A DNA stretch of 63,803 nt, the filler included, from Reticulomyxa filosa (lineage: Eukaryota; Protista; Foraminifera): assembly GCA_000512085.1 (NCBI GenBank). It is 12 parts of 12 records of this genome, joined end to end, with 100 filler letters (N's around TTAATTAATTAA, not from the genome) between each part and the next. Parts side by side here need not be neighbours in the genome. Positions count along the whole stretch, not along the records: positions 51,439 to 54,771 come from ASPP01011961.1; positions 54,872 to 55,945 come from ASPP01013381.1; positions 56,046 to 58,023 come from ASPP01001252.1; positions 58,124 to 59,220 come from ASPP01042242.1; positions 59,321 to 63,803 come from ASPP01001154.1; 7 more parts are not named here. One strand, 5' to 3'. Each line of letters opens with the position of its first letter. The first letter of the stretch is position 1. The translations under genes were made by a program, and so were the position numbers. Shown one piece after another: positions 51,339 to 63,803 of this stretch. Under the pieces are notes generated by a model. It had not been told where the DNA came from. It made no database searches and saw only the letters and a list, made by a program, of their open reading frames with translations.

Positions 51339-51438
51339 NNNNNNNNNNNNNNNNNNNNNNNNNNNNNNNNNNNNNNNNNNNNTTAATTAATTAANNNNNN
51401 NNNNNNNNNNNNNNNNNNNNNNNNNNNNNNNNNNNNNN
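51339..51438. other. Artificial contig spacer
   Basis: N-run + TTAATTAATTAA + N-run. Confidence 0.98.
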
Positions 51439-51559
51439 TTTTTTTTTATGTGCCCCCATTTTTGTTTGTGTTGGTTTGATTGTGTGTACCGAACAGAAGA
51501 GTATCAAAAAAAAAAAAAAAAAAAAGGGGAGGAGATTTTTTAAAAAAATCTTCCTTTGA

Positions 51560-52981
51560 GGAGACGTGAAAAGATTTATTGTAACTTCATTTTTGAAATT
51601 GGCATCATTTTCTTCATGTGCTTTCCATTCATCTAAAAGAGTTTGTTCTTTGGAGATAATAATTGTTTCTTTTTTAAGTAAAGTAGTCATTTCGGCTTGC
51701 ATGGCTCTGGCTTCCTCATCCAGTTCAAATGGGTCAAAGTCTTCAACACCAGCGGGTTTTTGAATCAAATTGCTTTTCTTACGGTTGTGCTATGTGTTTA
51801 TATTTGGCGTTTGTGCGATTAGTCCGACTTTGGAAAAAGTAGTTTTACAAACTCAATAGTTTGCTAAAAAAAAATAATTTTGGAATCATCTCAAGTATCC
51901 TTCGCAACAACTTAAAAAAGTAATATATAGCATATGCATATACATATACGTATATATAATATATATATATATGTATATATATGTATATAAGCGTTTGTTG
52001 ATTCAGAAGAGAAAGGATCACCAAAACACGAAATACTTAACTCCGCGAACCTATATTATATGTATATTGCATAATTTATACATTGTAACATATGTCAAAC
52101 ATGACACAAACAGAGAAACAATGACATCCTTTTGTCCGATTATGTGGACATGGATTGGATAGTGAATGGGCAGAGTGAACTTGATTGGTGGTGACAAGCA
52201 ACACTCAACTTTGGCCAAAACAGCACTTTGCAAACGCTTCAATTCGACGGAGTTCCATTGCCTTAAAAAAAAGCTAGTAAACTCTTCCACTTGGACGGAG
52301 CCGCCTTGGTCCATGTCAATATACTTGAACAATGACTCTATGTCTTCTGTGGATAACTCGATATCTAAATCTTGCAGGCCATCCATAAATTCATCAAATT
52401 CCAAATCTTTATTATTTTCTTTATCAATCTTCAAAAATAAGTCTTCCAAAGCTCTTCTTTTTTTTTTTTTTTTTTTTTGTGCCCTTTTTGTTATCTCCTT
52501 CCTCTTCTCTTCCTTTTTCGCTTTGGCTCAACTTTTTGAGCCAATAGTGTCAATATTTCTGCTTTTGCATCTGCTTCTAAAAGTTCTACCGGTTCACCTC
52601 CGACCTGTTCATTTGCCATTTTTTTTTTTCCCCATCTTTCTTTCAAAAAACAAAAAAATATATTTTTTATACTCCTGTCTCGGTATTCTCCATATCCATG
52701 CCCAACGCTTGTGCTGGACCCTTTTTTTTGTTATCCACTTTTATGCATTTATATCATCAAACTTACAAAACGTAACGCAGAACAAACTACTAAAGCCTGA
52801 GATCCTTGACGAGCTGGAGCTGCACTTACAGAACGTCTGCTTATTATATTTTGTACCTCTGAAGAGGTTTGTCGTGAATGAGGTTGAGTTGCCATACAAG
52901 GAATTTTTAATTTGTATGAAATGATCAAAAAAAAACTTTCGCGCACCTGAGCAAGTCTGTTTTCTGCTTTTTGGACATCAT
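51560..52981 (-). CDS. EF-hand pair calcium-binding protein, multi-exon, 3' truncated
   Basis: LFLKIDKENNKDLEFDEF and LFKYIDMDQGGSVQVEEF at 52449-52280. Flanking exon structure is approximate. Confidence 0.7.
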
Positions 52982-53615
52982 GTCTTAAATAAAAGATAGA
53001 TTGTTTAAATTTTCATGTAAAGAAATTTTTTAGGAATTTTGGTCCAGATAGAGTTTCATCAATTGAGAAGATATAACGTTTCATGCATAACTTCACTCAG
53101 ATCAGTGTGGAATTTGACGTGCAGCTGAACTAATTCTCTAGCATTCTCAAAAAACTTCATTTAACATAAGCAAGTTACGTTTTACTTAAATAAGTATAAA
53201 ATCTACAAATGTAATACATTGTAAAGAACAACTTATACAATCGTAAGAAATGAAATTTTTCTACTTAACTTTCAGAATGAAAATTACAATTGAATGTGAT
53301 AAAAAAAAAGAAAAACGAAATAATTACCACTTATGTTTAGAACTTCAACACGAATGGCAAGTAGCTCAGACAAGAGTGGGTCTTGTTGAGAGGGGGAAAA
53401 AAGAAAGCTCAATGAGGAAATCGTTTAGATTTGGTGTCCCTACTCTCAATGGAAGAAGAAAAAAAAACCCCCAACGAAAGCGACAAAGATGATATTACAT
53501 TTTATCCGCCAAAAAATGGAAGTGAAAACGAAGGTGGGTTTTGTTTTTCGTGATTTGTGTTAGACGGTAACGTGAGTGTGTGAAAACAAACTTGCACGAA
53601 AAAGAAAATCTTTCG

Positions 53616-54711
53616 ATGTCGCCAGTTGAAGCGATGATTCCCAAAAAAAGAAGAAAAGAAACCAGTGACAGCATAGTCCTGCCATTACCGGCCATATTCG
53701 ATGAAAAAGACGAAGCAACAGAGCAGCAATTTACAGCACGTGACCATCCAACCTTACAAAACGAAGCGAGTGACGAAAATATCAACACAGTTTCGATCAT
53801 TGTGTGCATACGTAATGAGAGGGTATATACGTATGTATACATATATGTACCTATATTAGGAAAGAAGTGTCTTAAAACAAAGTGGCTTGTAATTGGAAAC
53901 AATGACAAACATAAAGGATGAAATGGCAAGTACGCCTTTAGTCAGCAAAAAAAGCGTTAGTGTCTCTCCAAAGGCAAAGGAGCAAGACACAGCAGCTGCG
54001 AAAGCAAAGGCGGATAGAGAGTGGTCAGTGCGAGGACATTCGCCAGGCGCAAAGACAGGCGATATGGACAACGCAGGTGAAATGTCATTTCAAAAATCCA
54101 ATTCATTGCAATCACAGTTGAATAAAAGGGTGTTTTTTTAAATAAAAAAAAAAAAAAAAAAAAAGGGGGCGAACATTTGTCGTTGCAAATGTTTCATATA
54201 CATATATATGTATATATATATGTATATATATATATTCATTGCATATTGTTAATAACATGTTTAGAAGTCGTTGTGGTGAATTACTACGTCGCGAAATTTT
54301 TTGGTGGTGTTGATGGGTCTCTTTTATGCTTTGATTGCATTCAATGTGAATATATTTTCATGGCTTTGGTGGGACTTAATGTTCGCGATCGCCAAAGGCC
54401 AAATTCCGGTTCTTTCGTTTTTTGGCATTTTGGTCGTCAAACTCGCGTTGATTTTGACGTCCATTTACATTACCGGGTTTCGAACGGCGGCATCCGGCAG
54501 TGGTGTTCCGCAATTGCGGGCGGTGTTGAGTGGAATTTGGATTCGAGAGTACTTGAGTTTGCCTACGCTATGCGTCAAAATCCTTGCTGTGCATTTCTCT
54601 TTTGCCAGTGCGTTGCCAACGGGGTTGGAAGGGCCTTTTTTGCACATCAGTGCTGGTTTGTCGCGCCAATTGACACGATTTAAGTGGTTTGAATATTTGG
54701 ATAAAAAGCAG
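53616..54711 (+). CDS. CLC-family chloride channel/transporter, 5' part
   Basis: Signature motifs ASGSGVPQLRAVLSG and PTGLEGPFLHI after hydrophobic helices; truncated by the contig end. Confidence 0.88.
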
Positions 54712-54731
54712 GTCTTTTATTTATATATATG

Positions 54732-54771
<40 letters not shown>

Positions 54772-54871
54772 NNNNNNNNNNNNNNNNNNNNNNNNNNNNN
54801 NNNNNNNNNNNNNNNTTAATTAATTAANNNNNNNNNNNNNNNNNNNNNNNNNNNNNNNNNNNNNNNNNNNN
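54772..54871. other. Artificial contig spacer
   Basis: N-run + TTAATTAATTAA + N-run. Confidence 0.98.
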
Positions 54872-55945
54872 AAATGGATGAAATGGTGGAATCAAAGAGA
54901 ACAAAAAGATAAAACTGAAATAATTGAAAAATTTAAAACAATGTCAAATGAACAATTTGGAATATGGTTATTAAAAGAGTCTAAATGGAGACATGAAATC
55001 ACAAAAGATGATATTAATTTTATTTGTTTTTCCATTGATGCTTATATTGAATTTGTTATGACTAGTCAAGATAACAAAGAAGAAGAGGAAGTTGAGTCAG
55101 TTATATTACTGTTTTATTCTTGTTTTGATTTATATTACATAACAAAATATATTATAGCTGATAGCATATGTGATAGTAGATGAAAAAAAAAAATTAATAA
55201 GAATGAAAAAATTGACATTTGAAGAACTTCTTCATCAAAGCTATTATTGTTTAGAAGCGAAACATTTCCAAAAAATGAACAATGAAAACGTAAAACTACA
55301 ATTAGTTGATATGAAAAATAATATTATTGAAACAGATGAAGATGTTATGAAAGAATTTGAAAATAGTGAACCTACATATAAAATTGCTTGGATTTCATTT
55401 CAACGTCCTGTAATACTTGGAAAAGTAAAAACAATAAAAAATGCATTGGTAATATTGATTGCCATAAGTGAATACGATAATAACAACAAATGGAAAAATC
55501 TCAAAAATGTGAAAGAAAAGGATATAACAAATTTTAAACAATTGTTTGAACAAGAAATGAATTATGAAATGGTATGCAATCCATCTCCAAAAATGACAAA
55601 AGATGATGTTGACGAGTTTATTGAGCAAACAAAATTTAATTTCAAACTTCGTAAAAACACTAGTCAATATGATGGACTAATCATAATTATTTGTGGACAT
55701 GGAGAAGATGGAAATATGTTGGTGGCAAGTGATGGAAAATATGTATCAATTGATGAAATGCGTACGTTATTTAATTGCCATAAAATGGAAGCATTTAAAG
55801 ATTTTCCAAAAATTTTTATTATTGATACTTGCCGCGGAGAAAATGCTCCAAAATCTTACGAAATTGCAATGCGAGGAAATGAAGGACTACGTGGACATAG
55901 TGACGATGGATTTTTGATCATTTGGTCAACTACAAAAGGACATCG
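54872..55945 (+). CDS. Caspase-fold (peptidase C14) protein, partial
   Basis: Intron 55091-55157 keeps frame. NALVILIAISEY (beta1), ICGHG (catalytic His), PKIFIIDTCRG (catalytic Cys), DGFLIIWST..G. Confidence 0.85.
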
Positions 55946-56045
55946 NNNNNNNNNNNNNNNNNNNNNNNNNNNNNNNNNNNNNNNNNNNNTTAATTAATTA
56001 ANNNNNNNNNNNNNNNNNNNNNNNNNNNNNNNNNNNNNNNNNNNN
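55946..56045. other. Artificial contig spacer
   Basis: N-run + TTAATTAATTAA + N-run. Confidence 0.98.
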
Positions 56046-56649
56046 ACTTTTAAAAAGAGTCAATTCAAACTTCAATTTACAGTTTTCAATATGTACAATT
56101 TAGACAAATATAAAAGCCGAAAAAGTTTGAAAGCTGATCACTTGACACATCAAAAAAAAAAACCAGAAGAGAGATACCACAAAAACATTATCAAATAAAA
56201 CGTGTTCTTAAGCTATACATTATCAAATTTAAATTTAGTGAGCAATTAAAGAACTCAGCTACAACTGAAACAAAGCGGTTCAGAGTAAATAGTGCGAGGT
56301 AAACAAAGTAAACCAAATCTCGGTATGTAACTTTCGAACTAAAAGGGCCAAAATGTCGAAAAGCTTTTTCTTTCCAGTTTGTCTTATTTTTCATCTCATA
56401 AACTTAGGCAGGTATGACTTCACAATTTTTTCAATTAGCCTCAATAAATAAATGTAAATGGAATAAAGACGTTTCAAAATTTTGCAAATTCCCGGAACAA
56501 ACTAGCACATCGTTTGTAACTGTTTTGCTTGTTACACAAATTAGTTTCTTTTCAATTTGGATTATTCCAAATTTGTTGATCACTTGGTAAAAAGACCTAA
56601 AAAAGTGCAAGACTTGAAAAGACCAAAAGTGGAACCAGCAGAAAAGCAA

Positions 56650-57920
56650 ATGAAAAGTTCGTTCGCACAAGCGACGATGGCTTTTGTTCATTGGTGGAAT
56701 TTAAGTTTGTTATTGAAAAGGAACATTGACCTGTGTTTGTCAAAAGGTGCAAGACTCGTTACCTATATATTATCTGTGTATTAAGCAAGAAGGGAGAGAG
56801 GACGATGATCAATCTCGAGGGTGCATGCGACGGAACAAAAACAAAAAGGTACAAAATTGCTGTTGATAACAATAATATTATTGCAAAGTTGCTTCGAATG
56901 TGGTAAAGCACTAACAGAATTGGAAATGGATGCATTGGGCAAATTGTACAATAGCACCAATGGGGCAAATTGGAAGGTGACTTGGGATATAGATTGGAAC
57001 AATTTCTATCAAAATAACTGGTGTACTTTTTATGGTGTGATGTGTTCTGATCCGTTTGCGCCGGTCTATGTTCAAGCGTTGTCATTATCCAACAATTCTC
57101 TGAATGGAACTCTGCCAAGCGAACTTGGGAATTTGGATAAATTAATGACTTTGGAATTAGCGTTCAATCAATTGCATGGAACAATACCTTCAGAATTGGG
57201 TAATTTGGGCCTGCTTGTGGGATTACAGTTGCAATACAATTCTATGCAAGGCAGTATCCCTGCGGAATTGGGGTATGGTTTTAGTCAATATACAAAAAAA
57301 AAAAAAAAAAAAAACCTATATTTACACACATATCATGTTTTGCACTTTTTTTTTTTATCCTTGATTATTGTTTGCACAAATCCAACTAAATGAATCATAC
57401 AAAATTGAAAAGCAACCTTCATTTATTAGCGTATCTTTCCTTGGGGAATAACAAACTGAATGGCACTATTCCGAAAGAACTGTCGACTTGTGTTCAAATA
57501 TATGCGTTGCTAGCGAATGACAATCAGCTGAGTGGCAGCCTGCCCGCTGAGTTGAGCGAATTGAAACTGTTACAGCAGCTGGAACTTGAGAACAACTTTT
57601 TGGAGGGAACAATCCCGGAAGAGTATGGAGACTTGTTACAACTACAATGGCTCACAGTCGGTAACAACATGTTAGAAGGAACAATACCTTTGGTACTGTA
57701 TCAAAACTGTCGAACTATGGCCACTTTCCAAGTGCAAAACAATCGATTTCATGGGACCATTCCACCGGATATCAATCAGTGGGGACTACTCAACCAGTTG
57801 GACATGAGTCGAAACTTTTTTTCGGGTACCATTCCTCCTGAAATTGCTAGCTTTCCATTACTGGATGTTTTATTGTTGTCGCACAATCAGCTCAATGGAA
57901 CGTTGCCTCCTGAACTTCTG
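56650..57920 (+). CDS. Secreted/receptor-like LRR protein with N-cap and plant-type 24-aa LRRs, 3' truncated
   Basis: Hydrophobic leader LLLITIILLQ; N-cap ALGKLYNSTNGANW..WCTFYGVMC; repeats LxxNxLxGTIPxELGxL. Start and first intron inferred. Confidence 0.8.
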
Positions 57921-58023
57921 TAATGCAAAAAAATTTTTATTTTTATTTTTCCCCCTTGAAAAAAAAAAAACATGAAATGAACCCCTATTTAATTTTTCTA
58001 ACTTACTTTGGAATTGAACAAAA

Positions 58024-58123
58024 NNNNNNNNNNNNNNNNNNNNNNNNNNNNNNNNNNNNNNNNNNNNTTAATTAATTAANNNNNNNNNNNNNNNNNNNNN
58101 NNNNNNNNNNNNNNNNNNNNNNN
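58024..58123. other. Artificial contig spacer
   Basis: N-run + TTAATTAATTAA + N-run. Confidence 0.98.
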
Positions 58124-59170
58124 ATTGGCGTTGGTATAAATGACGTGTGTTGCTTTTTTGTTGTTGTTGTTGTTGTTGTTGTCCAGGAATGTTTCAAACT
58201 GATTCGCGGTTAGACTTTGATTGCATTCGCTATCATTTAATTTGTCAGCTTCGAGGTCAGATTCTATGAAGTCGCCCAGTCTACGAATGCCACTGAGACC
58301 ATTCCATTCATTCCATTCGCCCTTGTTGTCACTATTCTTTGTTGTCGACTCCGTTTTTTTGCTATTCAGATTCATTGCACTCAATTTTCCCGATATCGTG
58401 GCATCTGATGGATAAGCACCTTGCAACAGCGCATTGCCATCGGTACTGTCGTCATCTCCCAAAGTCTTGCTTCTTCTCTGTCGGCCCCTGTGTTTGTGTG
58501 CTTCTTTTTCTTCTTCTTCCTCCTGCTCTTCTTCTTCTTCTTCTTCATCATCATCATCGTCATCATTTGCGTTTGCATTTGCTTCGTCAGCATTCTCATC
58601 TTCATTGGCATTGTCATTAAACATGTTTTCAGGAACGCAGTCGTTTGGAAAGTTTGTGTTCCCGTTCGCGGTCGATCCACTACATGTACTGCTCGATGCA
58701 TTCGAAGAGGACTGCATTATTCCATCCTCTTCTCTTGCAGTATCTTGAAGATCTTTCTCTTCTTCTTCTTCTTCATCATCATCATCATCGTCATTACCAT
58801 TATCATCTTCATATCCTCCCCCTTTTTGTTTTGGCTTTTGCTTTTGCTTTTGCAGTTGACAGACATTCATCTCTCCTGTTGATCTGTACTCATCGTCGAC
58901 CATCACGTGATCCATGTCTTCTTCGTTGCTTTCATCCCCCAACATTTCTGCCTTGTTTTCTTCTTCTTCTTCTTCTTCTTCTTCTTCTTCTGTTTTTTTT
59001 TTCGTCGCTAATCTTTTTTTTTCCTCTTTCTTTTTCGCGCTGCTCACTTCCGCTTCGCGCTTCAACACTGGTCCTGCTTTGGAGTTCGACATTTCTTTCA
59101 ATTGCTTGCCACTTTTCGAAAATGGATTCACACTTGCTCCATTTCTCTCACTCGACAGTTTTCCATTTTC
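58124..59170 (-). CDS. Internal exon of an acidic, low-complexity protein
   Basis: About 1 kb open frame with poly-E/poly-D tracts; no domain recognised. Confidence 0.55.
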
Positions 59171-59182
59171 GCTCTGTTTTCT

Positions 59183-59220
<38 letters not shown>

Positions 59221-59320
59221 NNNNNNNNNNNNNNNNNNNNNNNNNNNNNNNNNNNNNNNNNNNNTTAATTAATTAANNNNNNNNNNNNNNNNNNNNNNNN
59301 NNNNNNNNNNNNNNNNNNNN
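59221..59320. other. Artificial contig spacer
   Basis: N-run + TTAATTAATTAA + N-run. Confidence 0.98.
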
Positions 59321-59339
59321 TTTCATATTTTATTTACAT

Positions 59340-59714
59340 TTAACTCATTTAAGTTGGAAGTTGCACAAATCTCTCTTAATTTCTCGTATGCATCAACATA
59401 AATTTGATTGTAATTTTTCCATGTCTGTGATATTGTCTCTTTTCCTAGCTTATTGCCAAATTCTTTGAATAGATCCATCAGATAATGTTGTTGTTGTAAA
59501 TTTGTGCTGTATTAAAATATGTAAGCAATGATTTGTTAAAAAATATTGAAATGCTTTTGTTAGTAAAAAAGAGAAAAGAAAAGAATTGTTACGTGTTATC
59601 TGTTAGCCATGTTAAGACATCCTTTGTCTTTTCAGCATCTTGATCAAGCCGTTCCAATACATTTGAAATGCTCTCTTGATTAATCTCGGGGAACGTTTGT
59701 TGAAGTGTGCGCAT
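59340..59714 (-). CDS. Protein with CUE/UBA-like helical repeats, partial
   Basis: LQQTFPEINQESISNVLERLDQDAEKTKDVL (FP motif), then after an intron LMDLFKEFGNKLGKETISQTWKNYNQ. Confidence 0.5.
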
Positions 59715-60399
59715 GATGATGAAGTCAACTGCAAAAGAAAACCCTTTTTTTTGAACACTTAAAAATGTAATTACGTAATTGGCGAGCAAGAAGGTTAGAA
59801 AAAATATTTTGTGGACAAAAAAAAAACATGCATTTTTACATTACTTAAGTGCCCTTTGTATACGAAAATTAAAACAGATACTTTTAAGGGAGGAGGCAAT
59901 TGCATTTTTATCAAGCTAATTCTTTCTTTTGATCAAGCAAAACAAGCAAAAGAGTGTTAGAAAAAAAAATTTCAATGATCGATCGAATAAAACAGTTAGT
60001 AATTGAGTGAAGAGGGCGTAATGGTTTTTAATTTTTGTTTTATCACTTCAGCCACTTTTCCAAGAGAATATTGCTTTTGACCTTGTTAATTATTCACATA
60101 ACTGCTAGAAAAATAGAATATTATTTTAAAATATATGAATTCCAGATTATTATAAATAATGTCGAAGCAAAATAAATTCATTTTAAGATTGAGGAAATTA
60201 TTGCTTACCTTCTGCTGTTTCTTACGGCTTATCAATTATTTCAGATACAAATTTACGAACAAATGACTCTAATAAAGTTGTTTCTACAATTTCTCGAAAC
60301 TATTACTTTGCTCATTTGTGAGTAGTTTCTTTTTTGATGGTAAATTAAAAGTTTGCTTTATTCATTTAATTAATTACTTTTAATTTATTCAACATACCC

Positions 60400-61888
60400 A
60401 GAGGTTGAATAAAGAAGACAGTGACACACATGGTTGGAGGAAAAGGAAAATAATATCAACTCATATGAAGACTAAAGTGCGTGTATGGGATCATTCACAG
60501 TTGGTAATCATTTGTTTATTTATTTATCTATTTATCTTGATGAAACATAAATAAATTGTATGGTATAAAACTGATTAAAAATAATAAATGATAAAATTAG
60601 GATTGATCAATGATTTTGATCAAATATATTAGATGATAAATTTTAAAGAAAATATTTTTGATTTTATTTCATAATCATCAAATTCCTTTACTTCATCGTT
60701 TGAGCTTTTTTATTTCAAAAACGAAATAGACTAACAAATTAAAAAAATAAACAAATAACACATACAAAAAACAATGAATATTTGAATACACACGACAAAA
60801 AATACATTCCTTTTTCAGAATGTATAGCAAATTGAAAATTAAAACCTTTATGTGAAGATGAAAATAAAAAAAGGATTCTCAATCTTCTTTTAAATTAAAA
60901 TATAGTTTAAAAAAAAAAATTGAAAATGTTTAAAGCTATTAAAATTATACGAATTGACCTTTGCACAATTCATTCAAGAGATTTGATAATCTGCTTGTTT
61001 GTAAAAATGAAATTATGTTATATGTCCATTACGTAATACATTTATCATTTTATCTTATGGTTCAACAATAAAGTTAATATATAACATGTTACACCTAAAG
61101 ACAGTCATGTAGAACTTTTTAGGAAAAAGAACATAGTTGGTAGATACACTCTCTAGAAAAATTTTATAAAATGCTTTGCAATATACCTTGGATGCTTGTT
61201 GGACATACAGACGCTGTGTCGAGTCTTGACCGACATTTGAGATTGTCAATTGCTTTGTTCTGGATCAAATGATAAAATAATTCTTGTATGGGATGTTGAT
61301 AACAACAAACAAATTCAATCATTCAATGGACATTCAATTTATGTGAAGGTGTGAAATTTTCATCATATTGTTGTCATAACCATCGTCAAAGTGTCATTTA
61401 TTCTTCACCATTTGACAAAGCTCTTTGTTTTTGGTATTTCAAACATAATAGGCAATTACAAGTATCCAATGGACACACATTAGGTGTTTGTGGTATTGAA
61501 TTTTTACCATTTAATAGTGGTGATTGGTGGAAATGGCTATACAATTTGTTTTGAATCATATGATAAAACCATTCGAATATGGGATATCGAAACAATCAAA
61601 CAATTGAATATATACAAAGACATAAAGATAGTGTGAATATTGTAAAATATTGATCAAATGAATTAGAGAATACAATATTATCTGGATCAAGTGATAAAAG
61701 TGTTCATTTATGGGATATTCGACCAAATAAGGATCAATTGTTCATGATCAAAGGAGATGCTGGAGATGATGAAATAAGATGTCTTAAATTTATTGAATTG
61801 AAAAAGAAAGATAAGACAAAGGATGTTAAATATGATTTGAATTTGTGTTATGGTTCATTGAAAGGTCTCATTCGTATTTGGGGATAAT
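60400..61888 (+). pseudogene. Decayed Kelch-end + WD40 family gene
   Basis: ISTHMKTKVRVWD (compare LSTHMKTKV at about 44980), then broken WD40 repeats at 61250-61888 with stops and frameshifts, ending LCYGSLKGLIRIWG. Confidence 0.8.
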
Positions 61889-62159
61889 TTAGTTTTTGTC
61901 GAATAAGAAATGAAAGTGTTTTTTGTTTGAAAAATTTGATCAAAAGAAAAGTAAAATGATATTAAACTTGTTTAATTTGATTGAATGCAAGCATTGAAAA
62001 ATGTGTTCTATCTTACTTTGTAGTTCAAAAAATTTAAAATTTGCGTTAAATATTTTTCAAAGAATTTAAAAGCATAACGAATGAAAATTATATCCAAATA
62101 TTAAAATAAATTGCAAGATATTCCAAATATTGAGTTTTTTTCATTGAAAATCACTATTA

Positions 62160-63119
62160 CAGTTGCGACAAAAAAAAATTATCCACCCCTAAAATATGAA
62201 TTTTTTGTGTTTCTAACGAAAATTTGATTAGCAAATTGTGATTATTTTTTCTGGTTTACTGTATATACGTTTACACTTTTATAAGTGGTTGTAAAATAAT
62301 AAACAAAAATTTAGAAAAGTTGTTGTAAGAAAAATTTTCAAAAATGATTGGAATTGAGGCACCATCTCCCATCACGTTGATGTAAGTATCAGAATGTATT
62401 TGCTTTTTACAAAATTATTTACAAGAAGAGGCTTCCACAGTAGATATATAATAACTACCGTTACAAACAAAAAACACCAACAAAAATTCTTAATATTTCG
62501 TATGACCACCCTTGCTTTGATCAAAACTTTTATAATATCATGCATGGATTCCACTAACGTTCTAAAAATATCTTTGTAAATCTCTTACTATTCTTTCTCA
62601 AACACCTACCAAAGCTGCTCCAAAGATTTAACCTCATGGTTTTGGTGGATCTTCATCTTTATAATTCGACACATATTTTTGGATGATGTTATAATATTGC
62701 TATTTAATGATTCTCCAAAAATTCCACAGTTGAATTTGACTTGTGACAATATGCATTGTTTTGCTAAAATCCTCCTGATACTTTTCTTCGAGAGAATATT
62801 GACTAGAGTTCCAAATTTCGTCAGCGCGAATCTCTTTATACAACTCAGAGTTAACAGTTCCTGTGATTTTGGCAGCATCACCTACTCCTTTTGCCTCAAT
62901 GCATCCCCAAATCATCATGCTTCCTCCACTACCTTTCAAAGTAGGCTTAGTAGTACAATCGTAAATAATTTCATTAGGTCTCCGCCAAATGTATTCTTTT
63001 CTGTCACTTCCGAAACGATTTATTTTCGTTTCATTGGGAAAAATCCCCCTTCCAATCATTTTTGAAAATTTTTTTCTTACAACAGCTTTTCTAAATTTTT
63101 GTTTATTGTTTTTACAAAC
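62160..63119 (-). mobile_element. Tc1/mariner-like DNA transposon remnant (DDE domain + 3' terminus)
   Basis: IFPNETKINRFGSD..YIWRRPNE..PTLKGSGGSMMIWGC..GVG, *QNNAYCH and LVESM..IKVLIKA. Terminus TA|CAGTTGCGACAAAA at 62158-62173. Confidence 0.85.
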
Positions 63120-63121
63120 TA

Positions 63122-63803
63122 CAGTAGGTTGCAAAGAAAACTGGACACATTAATTTTTTTTAATATTGATAAATAAAAAATAATCTTTTTTTCATCAATA
63201 GTTGCATACACTTCTTGGTAATTAAATGTGCCCAATAAAAAAAGAATTTGTTTTTTATTGTTGTTAACGCATCATTATTTAAATTGAAAAACTTAGAAAG
63301 TATTTTTTTAATAAGAAAAAACTTGTTTCTGATTTTTTGTATTTGGTAAATTGAAATTTGTATTTTTTTATTGTGTGTTCAATTATCTAATTCAAATTTT
63401 CAAACATTAAAATCGAGGAATTCAACAATTTTATTTAAAGAAAGACTTAGAAAGTTTAGTGGTTCTTTTTATTACTGTCTTAATGTTTAAGTAAAACGAG
63501 TAATTATAGTTTTAATTTCTACAAAAGAATAAATACTGGACAGCAAATAATTTATAAGATTATTTCTAAAGTTTTCTAAGCACATTTAAAAACTCTGTTA
63601 TTGCACTTATTTTTTACAAGAGGACAAGTTTTGTTGAATACTTAGTACATCTGCTTTTTGCATTTTAAAAAAATAAGCATGATATACCAACAACAAAAAT
63701 TACTTATTTCATCAACAAAGTAATTAAACTTGTTGGATGTTTCCAGCCATTTGAAACTTATGGCAAAGACACTATAAACAATGCCAATTCAAAAAAAATG
63801 TTT
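63122..63803 (-). mobile_element. Second Tc1-like element end, apparently inserted into the first
   Basis: TA|CAGTAGGTTGCAAAGAAAACTGGACAC is a Tc1-type TIR start, located where the first transposase homology stops. Minus-strand NAKSRCTKY at about 63665-63638 resembles the Tc1 C-terminal AKGGxTKY. Confidence 0.55.

Noticed and set aside
58221-59268. Long plus-strand ORFs rich in F/L/S/H (similar ones at 664-2028, 3696-4298, 52166-52924)
   Set aside because: Antisense shadows of low-complexity coding sequence or microsatellite read-throughs.
23861-59320. Eleven regularly structured TTAATTAATTAA motifs flanked by N-runs, resembling a repeat array
   Set aside because: Identical 100-bp artificial contig linkers with six-frame stops. 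Not biological, and not CRISPR.

Overview
This window is AT-rich, intron-containing eukaryotic DNA, not one locus. It is 12 separate contigs joined by artificial 100-bp spacers (N-run + TTAATTAATTAA + N-run), so gene adjacency across spacers means nothing. The gene content suggests a foraminiferan such as Reticulomyxa (inference): a divergent alpha-tubulin, expanded Kelch/WD40 and caspase-like families, and many pseudogenes. Recognisable genes: RPL21, RPS17, a polyubiquitin end, a divergent actin, a formin, the ciliary inner proteins PIERCE and RIB43A, a PfkB kinase, a CUE-F-box-LRR protein, a TPR-PADR1 protein, a CLC channel, an LRR protein, a caspase-fold protease, EF-hand proteins, and tubulin/HSP60/WD40 pseudogenes. 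Mobile elements: decayed CRE-like non-LTR retrotransposon fragments and two apparently nested Tc1-like transposons. The standout is a 5-exon gene at 6504-9154 encoding a membrane-anchored, multi-domain peptidoglycan hydrolase: signal peptide + GH25-type lysozyme + two tandem M15A Zn-peptidase domains + TM helix + YxxL tail. Other leads: an RT family lacking the second Asp of YxDD, GTT-type splice donors with poly(A) acceptors, and several unusual domain fusions. All family calls come from motif recognition by eye; no searches were run.
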